From positions 1,088-65,087 of the forward strand of contig CAYSYM010000012.1 of NCBI GenBank assembly GCA_964435115.1: a stretch of 64,000 bases of DNA, read 5' to 3'. A model generated the notes under the pieces. The model saw only the letters and a program-made list of their open reading frames with translations. It searched no databases and was not told the DNA's origin. Below, in pieces: positions 22,205 to 29,531 of this stretch. The translations under genes and the position numbers were made by a program. The DNA is from an uncultured Chloroflexota bacterium (lineage in GTDB: Bacteria > Chloroflexota > UBA6077 > CF-72). Positions within the stretch are counted from its first letter, which is position 1. Every line of letters starts with the position of its first letter.

Positions 22205-22565
22205 GGCGCGCCCCGGCGCGCTCCGCCTCCTGGCGTGCCTACTGAGGCAGGACAGCCCGCCGAGCGCACGCGCGGCGGCTCCGAGGTCGCGAACTTGGGC
22301 GTCCTCCATTCGCCACCGCACGCGCAGGCCGCTCTCCTCGCCCTGGCTCCCGCCAAGTGTCGTCGCATACCGTTCACGTCGCCGCTCAAGCACCAGGCTG
22401 GTCGCCTCGGCCTGGAGCGACGCTGCTAGCGCGGCCCGGCTCTCCACGGGCGCGCCGCTCAGTTAGAGGCCCGGCGATCGGCGGGTCGGTGCGGACCCGC
22501 CCTGGGGCTGGTACGGCGCGTGCATTAGGAGTACGGCGAGACCTGCGGCGAGAAAGGGAGGGGAG

Positions 22566-23177
22566 ATGCACTCAGCACAGGGAGCGACCGTCGTCCAGCG
22601 GTCGCGCGACGAAACAGCCGAGTGGCCGGTCTACTGGGGCGCTGTCTGGGTCGGAGCGCTCGCCGCGCTGGCGGTGTCGCTGATCTTCGGCCTGGCCGCG
22701 ATTGCCGTGGGCGCCAACCAGGCTGGACCGGGCCGCGGCATCGTCCGGTGGAGCGACTTCGGCATGGGCGGCCTGGTCTTTGGCGTGTTCGGCGCCTTCC
22801 TCTCGTTCGTCGTCGGCGGCTGGACCGCGAGCAAGATCGCTGGCTTCCGGCGGTCGGAGCCCAGCATGCTGCATGGGGCGGTGGTCTGGCTGCTGGCCAT
22901 CCCGTTCCTGATCGGCTTCGCCGCGCTTGGCGCCGGCAGCTTCTTTGGCACGTGGACGGGCGGTCTGGCCGGGATGCCCGCGTGGGTCACCCCGGGTGGC
23001 GTGGCCGCCGATCCCACCGTCGCCGCGGCGGCCCGCAACGCGGCGCTCGGCGCCGTCACGAGCCTCCTGCTGGGGCTGGTGGGTGGTGTGGTCGGCGGCT
23101 GGATGGCCTCTGGCGAGCCGATGAGCTTGACGGCCTACCGAGCGCGCAACCCGGCGGCGGCGCGGCCGCCCGCCTGA
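22566..23177 (+). CDS. hypothetical integral membrane protein
   Basis: 203 aa with about 5 TM helices. RBS GGGAGGGGAG. The stop TGA forms the base of a GACGCGGGCG/CGCCCGCGTC hairpin. Confidence 0.55.
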   Translation: MHSAQGATVVQRSRDETAEWPVYWGAVWVGALAALAVSLIFGLAAIAVGANQAGPGRGIVRWSDFGMGGLVFGVFGAFLSFVVGGWTASKIAGFRRSEPSMLHGAVVWLLAIPFLIGFAALGAGSFFGTWTGGLAGMPAWVTPGGVAADPTVAAAARNAALGAVTSLLLGLVGGVVGGWMASGEPMSLTAYRARNPAAARPPA

Positions 23178-23225
23178 CGCGGGCGCCGCCCGCGTCCGCA
23201 GTCTGATAGGGGAAGGAGAAGAGCC

Positions 23226-23306
23226 ATGCTCTTGATCTTGTTGTGGCTGCTCGGGGTCCCTCTGGGCCTCATCGTCCTGCTCTGGCTCCTCGGCATCGGT
23301 CGCTGA
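23226..23306 (+). CDS. 26-aa hydrophobic micropeptide (MLLILLWLLGVPLGLIVLLWLLGIGR)
   Basis: ATG preceded by GGGGAAGGAGAAG 5 nt upstream. Single TM helix ending in a basic residue. Too short for the ORF track. Confidence 0.4.
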   Translation: MLLILLWLLGVPLGLIVLLWLLGIGR

Positions 23307-23439
23307 GCCCCAGGCCTGGCGCTGACCGTGCCAGGTCCTCCTCCACCGTCGGCACCCGGGAGCCGACCCTGGCCGGGCGAGCCGTCCGCTCGACCCGCCC
23401 GGCCAGGGAGGTGGGCGCTCCAGGGGGCGGCCGACCTGC

Positions 23440-23655
23440 TCAGGAGCTCGAGCCCAGCGAGAGCAGGTCGGGGCCCTCGCCGGGCAGGTTGCGTGCGTTC
23501 GCGCGCTCGTCGGGACGCACGATCAGCCGGGGCCGGCCCGTGGCGCAGGAGTAGCAGAGCCCCGGCCACACGATGCCTTTGCGGCAGATGTGGCAGCGGT
23601 TGTTCTGACGGTACTCCGTGGGGGTAGGTTCCTGGTTTGGCGTACCTACCACCAT
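23440..23655 (-). CDS. small Cys-rich (CxxC...CxxC) zinc-ribbon-like protein, hypothetical
   Basis: 71-aa ORF with CHIC...CYSC. Weak RBS. Its 3' end overlaps an 11-bp inverted repeat CCGACCTGCTC/GAGCAGGTCGG. Confidence 0.3.
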   Translation of the reverse strand: MVVGTPNQEPTPTEYRQNNRCHICRKGIVWPGLCYSCATGRPRLIVRPDERANARNLPGEGPDLLSLGSSS

Positions 23656-23700
23656 ACCATTCCGGCCGACCGGGCGCCCGACAAGCTCATCACGATCCGC

Positions 23701-24981
23701 TCACCCTTCGCAGCTCGGCGGCGGCGTGAAGACGTGCACGCGGCTCATGGGGTCAAACCAGGCGGTGGATGCCCCGCCAGGCGCCATGATCTTGGTGACG
23801 CCGTTCTCCACGAACGCGATGCCGTACGTCCCATGCTTGTTGGTGGCGCCGCTCGCATCCAGCGGCGTCTTGCTGACGGTGGCGTCGACGAACCGCCAGA
23901 CCCGATTCACCACGTCGAACACCTGCGAATTCGTCACCGTGCCGGTGATGTTGGAGGCGATGAACTCGCCGCCGAAGGAGTAAACGCAGTCGCCGACCGC
24001 GGCCAGGACGTTGGCGCTCGTGCCGACCGGCGAGTCTGGCTCACGCTGCCAGGCGGCCTCACCCGGTGCCCACGACTCGACGCCGCGCATGTGGGTAGAC
24101 CGCTCGTTGCGGCCGTTGAACGCCCAGATCCGGTCGCGGACGAACACCGCGTTGAAGTGCTCGCGGGACTCGAGCATCCCCGGGACCACCTCCCAGGTCA
24201 GGGGGAAGCGCGTGGTGTCCAGCGCCAGGACGGCGGCGGTGGTGCGAATCGACTCGTTGACTGGGTCTCGGGCGCCCAGGTTCGGCTCGACGCCGCCGAG
24301 GACGTAGATGCGGTCCCCTACGCTCACCGCCGAGCCGGCGGCGCGCGGCGCCGGCAGCCGCAGGCATTCCCCGCTCGCCGGGTCGCACGGCTGGCCGTCG
24401 GCGACGCGGATGCCACTCCAGGAGCCGTCGGGCGCGTTCGGGCTGGCGGGCGTGAAGACGTAGACCGTGTCGGTGGGCACGAAGCCGCCCACGTTGCCGC
24501 CGAACGACCAGATGCGGCCCTGGTGCGCGACCGACATGATGTGGTGGTAATCGGCGCGTGGGAAGCGCGACGGGCCGCCCAAGCTGCGCCACCTGCCCGC
24601 CTGACCCGGCGCCGCGGCCGGGTGGCCGGCCGGCGTGTAGGCGATCACGTCGTCCGTGCCCGCGAAGGGGAAAGGTTCCGGGTCGTTCTCCGTCGGCTGC
24701 GGCGGCGGCTGGATCGGCACGAACCCGCCAATGAGGTACACGAACCCGTTCAGCTCCACGGCCGAGTGTTCCTGGCGTGGTTGGAGCCGGCCGCTGGCGT
24801 CCCTGAGGTTGGGCGCTCGCACCCACTCACCGCCCTGGATCCGCGGGACCTGGGCCGGGTCCCCGAGCTCCTGGGCGCTCAGGCCGCCGGCCAGGGCCAG
24901 CAGCAGGCCGACCGACGCCACTACCCCGCCCACGGCCCTACGTGGCCACGATACACCACGAGACTGGTCGACGGTCTTCAT
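23701..24981 (-). CDS. secreted Kelch-repeat (galactose-oxidase-like beta-propeller) protein
   Basis: Signal peptide (VVASVGLLLALAGGLSAQ), then repeated GG...Y/W...D blades (FVYLIGG, RIWSFGG, RIYVLGG, RIWAFNG, CVYSFGG). RBS GGGGGTGA. Confidence 0.75.
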   Translation of the reverse strand: MKTVDQSRGVSWPRRAVGGVVASVGLLLALAGGLSAQELGDPAQVPRIQGGEWVRAPNLRDASGRLQPRQEHSAVELNGFVYLIGGFVPIQPPPQPTENDPEPFPFAGTDDVIAYTPAGHPAAAPGQAGRWRSLGGPSRFPRADYHHIMSVAHQGRIWSFGGNVGGFVPTDTVYVFTPASPNAPDGSWSGIRVADGQPCDPASGECLRLPAPRAAGSAVSVGDRIYVLGGVEPNLGARDPVNESIRTTAAVLALDTTRFPLTWEVVPGMLESREHFNAVFVRDRIWAFNGRNERSTHMRGVESWAPGEAAWQREPDSPVGTSANVLAAVGDCVYSFGGEFIASNITGTVTNSQVFDVVNRVWRFVDATVSKTPLDASGATNKHGTYGIAFVENGVTKIMAPGGASTAWFDPMSRVHVFTPPPSCEG

Positions 24982-25321
24982 CGGTTCACCCCCGTGAAAC
25001 ACTCAGCGCAGCCTGTCCTCCGACCCACGCCAGCGCCCCCACCCGGCCGGCTCGTCCGCGTGCCGGCGCCCGGCTCGGGGATTCTCGACCCCGGCAACCG
25101 CGCTCGGCCCGCGCGCGAGGCCTCGCGTGCGGCGCCGGGGTTTCCCATCACCGCTCCGGAGCGGGTGCACGCACCCCCATTGGAGAGGCTGGCGTGCCCG
25201 GTGTCAACGGGGACCGCAGCTGCGCGGCTTCCTGATTCCGGAGTGCGCGGGCACGGCCTCCGCCCGCCAGGCAGGGAGTGCTGGGCGCCTGCGATCCATG
25301 GGCACTCGGCGGAGGGCGGCC

Positions 25322-26071
25322 TCAGAGCTGGGCCTGTCCGCTGTGCCAGAACAGGACGCGTCGCTCCAGGAGGGTGAGCCCGCCGACGAGCCCGACGCCG
25401 ACGGCGGCGAGCGTCGCCACGCCGGCCAGTGTCGTAACCGTGTCGAGGTTCGCGTTGGCGAGCAGGATGGTGCGTCCCAGGCCGCGGTCGCCGCCGAGCC
25501 ACTCGGCGATGACCGCCCCAAGGAGGGCGAGCGTGGCCGAGACCTTGAGCGCGGCGAACAGGTGCGGGAGCGCGGAGGGCAGACGCAGGAGGAGCGTCTC
25601 CTGTAGGCGGCTGGCATCCAGGGAAGCCAGGACGTCGAGCGCGGCCGGCGGCGCCGCGCGCAGGCCCGAGACGGCCCCCACGAGCACGGGGAAGAAGGTC
25701 AGCAGCGCCGCAATGAGCACCCGCGGGAGCGGGCTGAAGCCGAACCAGAGGACGAACAGCGGCGCTACCACGACGACCGGCGTCACCTTCGCGACGATCG
25801 CCAGCGGCAGTAGCGCCCGCTCCAGCCAGCGCCAGTGTGCCATGGCGATGCCCGCCAAGAATGCCAGACCTCCGCCGAGCAGGAGGCCCGCCAGCGCTTC
25901 AGCCAGCGAGACGCCACCTTCACGCAAGAAGAAGGCGGGATCGGAGAGCCAGCGTGCTGCCACCCGGCTCGGCGCGGGCAGGAGGAAGGCGGGTACCTGT
26001 TGCACCCGAACGACCGCCTCCCACGCGAGGAGGAGAGCCGCCAGGAGCCCCGCGGTGGGGAGGTACTTCAC
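25322..26071 (-). CDS. ABC transporter permease (SsuC/TauC-like, binding-protein-dependent)
   Basis: 249 aa with an EAA-like motif (ASLDASRLQETLLLRLPSALPH). GTG start. Confidence 0.85.
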   Translation of the reverse strand: MKYLPTAGLLAALLLAWEAVVRVQQVPAFLLPAPSRVAARWLSDPAFFLREGGVSLAEALAGLLLGGGLAFLAGIAMAHWRWLERALLPLAIVAKVTPVVVVAPLFVLWFGFSPLPRVLIAALLTFFPVLVGAVSGLRAAPPAALDVLASLDASRLQETLLLRLPSALPHLFAALKVSATLALLGAVIAEWLGGDRGLGRTILLANANLDTVTTLAGVATLAAVGVGLVGGLTLLERRVLFWHSGQAQL

Positions 26072-26256
26072 GAGCCGTCGGCCACCGCCGCCTCGTTGCT
26101 CTGCGCCTCGACGAGGCAGAACACTTTATCGCTGGCCTCGTCAAACCAGTACTGGCGGTACCGCACGCCATAGCGGCCCTGCGCCTGCAAGTCCTGCTGG
26201 TGCGCCCCCGCCACCGCTGCTGCCGTGAGTCCCTCTACCCGGTGGTGAACATCCAT
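26068..26256 (-). CDS. DUF4242-like small protein (C-terminally short)
   Basis: MDVHHRVEGLTAAAVAGAHQQDLQAQGRYGVRYRQYWFDEASDKVFCLVEAQSNEAA matches the DUF4242 pattern. It ends about 25 aa earlier than typical members, and its stop overlaps the permease start. Confidence 0.45.
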   Translation of the reverse strand: MDVHHRVEGLTAAAVAGAHQQDLQAQGRYGVRYRQYWFDEASDKVFCLVEAQSNEAAVADGS

Positions 26257-26262
26257 GTACAG

Positions 26263-26398
26263 CAGCGAGGACCGTAGGGTCGCCAGCCCCTGCCAGCCCA
26301 ACGTCGTGAACCCGAACCAGGTCCAAGTGAGGCCGGAGCCTCAGGACGGCACGCGTGATACCACCATGAACGCTCTCGTCCACGAGGAACCGGGGCAT
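26263..26398 (-). pseudogene. DUF5615 (PIN-like toxin partner of DUF433), N-terminal ~45 codons only
   Basis: MPRFLVDESVHGGITRAVLRLRPHLDLVRVHDVGLAGAGDPTVLA matches the DUF5615 N-terminus. Homology ends exactly where the DUF4242 reading frame starts, and the remainder of the ORF is out-of-frame overlap. Confidence 0.4.
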
Positions 26399-26412
26399 TC
26401 GAACCGTTGTGG

Positions 26413-26757
26413 CTAAGGCGGCTCGGTTAGGCGCCGAGCGAGGAGCCGCTCTCGGATCCCGTGCGAGTCGCCTTGCGACTCAATGCGAGCGCGCAACGCG
26501 CCGGCCTCCTGTCTCCGTTGAGCGACGTACCTGTCCACGTCCTCGCGGTGCCGGAGATAGTAGGCCAGGACAGCGTACACAGCCGCGAGCTCCAGCGTCG
26601 GGTAGCTCAGGACGATCTCCTCGGCGGACTTACCTTCGTTGAAGGCCTCCACGACCGTGTCCAACGGGACGCGCGTGCCTTCGACGAGCACGACTCCATA
26701 CGCGGCTCGCGTCAGCGGCACTCGCTCGGTCGCCCCCGGTCCGATCGTCAGACTCAC
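26413..26757 (-). CDS. DUF433 protein (antitoxin-like partner of DUF5615)
   Basis: 114 aa. GVVLVEGTRVPLDTVVEAFNEGKSAEEIVLSYPTLELAAVYAVLAYYLRH is typical DUF433. The gene sits immediately upstream of the DUF5615 remnant. Confidence 0.65.
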   Translation of the reverse strand: MSLTIGPGATERVPLTRAAYGVVLVEGTRVPLDTVVEAFNEGKSAEEIVLSYPTLELAAVYAVLAYYLRHREDVDRYVAQRRQEAGALRARIESQGDSHGIRERLLARRLTEPP

Positions 26758-26834
26758 AATCTAGCACTCCCCCACTATGGTAACCGCTGCCTGACGGGCC
26801 GGTTGGCGACCGTCAGCCGGCCGCCAGCGTACGA

Positions 26835-27045
26835 TGGCGCTACGCGGGCCGCAGTCACCACCCGCGCCGTCCCCGGCCTGGAGGAGCGGCTGGTGGAGGT
26901 GCAGGTGGACCCCGCAGGCGCAGCGGAGCGCGACGCCCCCGCCAGGAGCTGCGCACCTTCCTCATCGTCGGCCTCGCCGACGACACAGTGCGCGAGGCGC
27001 GCGAGCGGGTGCGGGCGGCCGGCGCGGCCAGCGAGCTGGCGTTCC
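26835..27045 (+). pseudogene. ComM/YifB (Mg-chelatase-like ATPase) N-terminal fragment, frameshifted
   Basis: One frame reads ATRAAVTTRAVPGLEERLVEVQVDP (about LARVHSAALLGLDAHPVEVEVDL). After a +1 shift near 26910-26945 the next frame reads LRTFLIVGLADDTVREARERVRAAGAASELAFP (about PSFTIVGLPDTAVKESRERVRAA..SGFEFP). Nothing further downstream of the ~500-aa protein is present. Confidence 0.4.
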
Positions 27046-27410
27046 CCTGCAGGCATCTTTGCACCGCTCGGGACTACCACTGGGGACAGGGCTCACCCGC
27101 CCGACGGGCGCGCGACGACCATCCCGATCCGCGGGGATGCAGAGATTGGCGGCTGGCTCCTCCACGAGATCCTGAGGCAGCTCGGCATCAGCGAGGAGGA
27201 GTGCCTGCGGTTGCGGTAGGCGCGACCTCCGGCCGCCGAGCGGCGCGGCACCAGCCACGGGCTCAGCCCGCCGCACCGGCGGCCGAGGCACCGCCCACCT
27301 CGCTCGCACCTGAGCGGGGCGTACGAGCCGCACCCGGAAGCGCAGCCCGGTGTTCCCCCACCTCGCCTCCCCGCCAGGAGATCATCTCACGCGTACGCCC
27401 CCGCGACCAG

Positions 27411-27836
27411 TCAGGCCAGGAGCTGCCCCCACGTCCTGACGCGCTCCATGGCGACCGCAATCACGGGCCGGCCTTCGAGCTCCATGGCGCGGTACTGCGG
27501 GTACTTCTCGCGGAGCGATGCGACGGCCTCGGCGTGCTCGGGGCCCGATGCGAGCAGCCGAGCTCGTCCACGGACCAGGACGTATCCGAGCTGTGACCAG
27601 TCCTCGGCGTAGCGATCGACGACCACGGCCGCGCGAGGGTTCTCCGCCAGGTTGCGCAAGCGCTTCAGCCGCCAGGGGTTGCCCACCTTCGGCTTGCGAT
27701 CGACCACGGAGTAGAGCGTCTGGCCCACCACCGCGAAGCACACAGGCACGACATGGGGGGCTCCGCTGGCGTCCGCGGTGGCGAGGTGGCCGACGCGCTG
27801 CGCGGCCAGGAACGTTCGGGCGTCGCTCGGCAGGGT
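27411..27836 (-). CDS. pyridoxamine 5'-phosphate oxidase-like (F420-dependent PPOX class) protein
   Basis: ARTFLAAQRVGHLATADASGAPHVVPVCFAVVGQTLY...LRNLAENPRAAVVVDRY...VLVRGRARLL resembles the PPOX split-barrel fold. Start approximate, because the upstream ORF extension is low complexity. Confidence 0.6.
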   Translation of the reverse strand, partial: TLPSDARTFLAAQRVGHLATADASGAPHVVPVCFAVVGQTLYSVVDRKPKVGNPWRLKRLRNLAENPRAAVVVDRYAEDWSQLGYVLVRGRARLLASGPEHAEAVASLREKYPQYRAMELEGRPVIAVAMERVRTWGQLLA

Positions 27837-28137
27837 GCGACCGGTGGGTCCAGGCCGCCGAGCGTGCTCTTCACCTCCGCCTCGCCGCCCCGCTCGATCA
27901 GCTCCGTGCACGGTGCACCGCCGCCAGGCGAGAGCATACCCGGCCGGGCGCCCAGGGGCGCCCGAGCGCCCTGGCGGTAGCCCGGGCCCGGCCTGTGGTG
28001 GCGGCTGTCCCAACACGTGGCCCGATCCGCCTCATCGTCTCGCGGCGGCAGGCAGCGAAGCGGCGACCCGGCGGGACCGGCGCTTCGCCGCGGCCGCGCC
28101 CGCTACTGGGGCGGCCGGACGTGGCAGACTGAGGTAC

Positions 28138-28554
28138 ATGAGCGAGGCCGAACGGCCGGGCGGCGCGCCCCTAGTCGTCCTGTTCGACGGGACGTGAGGG
28201 TTTTGAACACGGGCCGTGCGCTGGCTCAGAGCGCGCGACCGAGCCGGCCGTGTGCTGGCGATCCCCAACCAGACACCCGGCGTGCCGCAGCGGTATGGCC
28301 TCAGCCGCGCCGACGTCGACCGCGCGGTGTGGTCGATCGACGGCCATGGCCGCAAGCTCGCCGGCGCGGCCGCGGCCAACCGCGCGCTGGAAGCGCTGGG
28401 CGGAGGCTGGGTGGTCCTCGCCCGCCTGTACCGCTTGCCGCCGCTCGGCTGGCTGGAGGATCGGGTCTACGACTGGGTGGCCCGGCACCGGAGTTGGCTC
28501 TCGCGCTGGTGGGGCGCTACGCCCGAGTTGGACCGACCGGTTGGGGAGGGGTGA
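28138..28554 (+). CDS. DCC-family (DUF393) thiol-disulfide oxidoreductase with two in-frame TGA codons replacing the CxxC cysteines; candidate UxxU selenoprotein (or a doubly-nonsense pseudogene)
   Basis: In frame: MSEAERPGGAPLVVLFDGT-TGA-GF-TGA-TRAVRWLRARDRAGRVLAIPNQ...LARLYRLPPLGWLEDRVYDWVARHRSWLS. TGA at 28195-97 and 28204-06 sit exactly at the two Cys positions of the family motif vLFYDGdCxlCnrwVrfl. The rest of the domain (112 aa after the second TGA, present as ORF 28216-28554) is intact. ATG at 28138 preceded by GAGG. Confidence 0.5.
28215..28237 (+). ncRNA. candidate bacterial SECIS-like hairpin downstream of the two UGA codons
   Basis: 8-bp GC-rich stem CGUGCGCU/AGCGCGCG with a 7-nt apical loop GGCUCAG. 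The loop G lies 17 nt after the second UGA and 26 nt after the first, inside the usual 16-37 nt bSECIS window. Hairpins like this are frequent by chance in 70%-GC DNA. Confidence 0.25.
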
Positions 28555-28754
28555 TGCCTGGCGGCTTGGGCGCGGGCTCATGCTACCCGCGTGAGGGTCC
28601 CCCGGCTTGAGCCGCAGGCCCCGGCCCTGCGGCCCGGCCCCGGAGTCGGGCAGGGTGGCAGTGAGATGAGCGGCGTGGCTGACGCAGCGCCCCTGGTCGG
28701 CCGTCGGCTCGATTCGGGCACGGGCGGCACTGAGACAAGACGGGAGGCGGCGCT

Positions 28755-29294
28755 CTACCCGGCCGGTGGATCCGTGCGCTCGCCTTCCCACGTCACCAGG
28801 CCGCGCTCGGTCAGTGCCCAGTGCGCCCAGCCGTTCGTGAACGTCGGCGTGCCCGTGCGTTTGCGGTAGACGGCGAGCCCGGTCGTCGTCTCCTGGACGG
28901 TATCGCCGTTCTCCGCGTTGACGTGCTCGCATTCCAGCGGCGTCCCCATCGTGTCGCCGAGGCGCTGCTTGAGAGCGGCGAACGGGGACGCGAGCTGTGG
29001 GGTCTGCCCCGGCTGGCAGTACGCGGGCGCCTGGGCGGTGGCCTCGATGACGCGCGCACCGCTCGGGATCGCCGCGGTGCGCGGCACGCCCACGGCGACC
29101 GCCGGTGGGCGGCCCACACGACTGGAGAACCCCATGAAGCTGGCGACCTGGCTGACGCCAGAGAGGTCTACTCCGATCGTTCTGGCCGCCACCCACGCCG
29201 CGGCCACGCCCGCGACGAGGACGAGGAGCAGCCCCACGAGCTCGGCGCTCCCAGCGGTGGGCCGCGCCGGGCGGCGGTTGAGGTACGCCATCGT
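28755..29294 (-). CDS. membrane-anchored hypothetical protein
   Basis: Start at MAYLNRR. N-terminal TM (LVGLLLVLVAGVAAAWVAA) then a ~130-aa extracytoplasmic domain with CxxxxxxxxC (LECEHVNAENGD). Confidence 0.5.
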   Translation of the reverse strand, partial: TMAYLNRRPARPTAGSAELVGLLLVLVAGVAAAWVAARTIGVDLSGVSQVASFMGFSSRVGRPPAVAVGVPRTAAIPSGARVIEATAQAPAYCQPGQTPQLASPFAALKQRLGDTMGTPLECEHVNAENGDTVQETTTGLAVYRKRTGTPTFTNGWAHWALTERGLVTWEGERTDPPAG

Positions 29295-29531
29295 GCGCCT
29301 CCTGGCGAAGAGTGCCGACCCGAGCTCCTCGGTCGCGACGCACGGTCTCTTCTTGCAGGAACCAGGCCAGGCGCGGGCAGGGCCTCGGACAGGTGCTAAA
29401 CCAAGGTCAAGGTGAGAACTGCACGCGCGCACGGAGCGACGCTGCGGGTTTCACCTTGGAGTCGGTAGAGCGCCCCGCCGTGACGCACCAGCCAGCCGCC
29501 CCGGGTACCCTCTGGGCCGAATGGACGACGC

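Noticed and set aside
23590-25377. 595-aa plus-strand ORF antisense to the Kelch-repeat gene, and minus-strand ORFs 19011-20690 and 24059-24826
   Set aside because: The opposite strand carries recognisable Kelch-blade and EamA-repeat proteins. These ORFs have no motifs and low-complexity composition.
27046-27230. A C-terminal piece of ComM/YifB in the ORF ending ...GGWLLHEILRQLGISEEECLRLR*
   Set aside because: The resemblance to a Mg-chelatase C-terminal helix is too weak to call without a profile search. Only the N-terminal fragment (26835-27045) shows convincing motif-level similarity.
28195-28206. Genome-wide reassignment of TGA (to Cys or Trp) as an explanation for the two TGAs in the DCC gene
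   Set aside because: Many well-supported genes in the window terminate at TGA exactly where homologs end (lon, nusG, tyrA, DUF4242, the 26-aa sORF), so TGA is a functional stop here. Only site-specific Sec recoding or a pseudogene remain.
28171-29343. 390-aa minus-strand ORF overlapping the DCC oxidoreductase gene and its downstream region
   Set aside because: Low-complexity Arg/Gly/Pro-rich translation. It overlaps two independently supported genes, the DCC domain on the plus strand and the 28755-29294 membrane-anchored protein in another frame.
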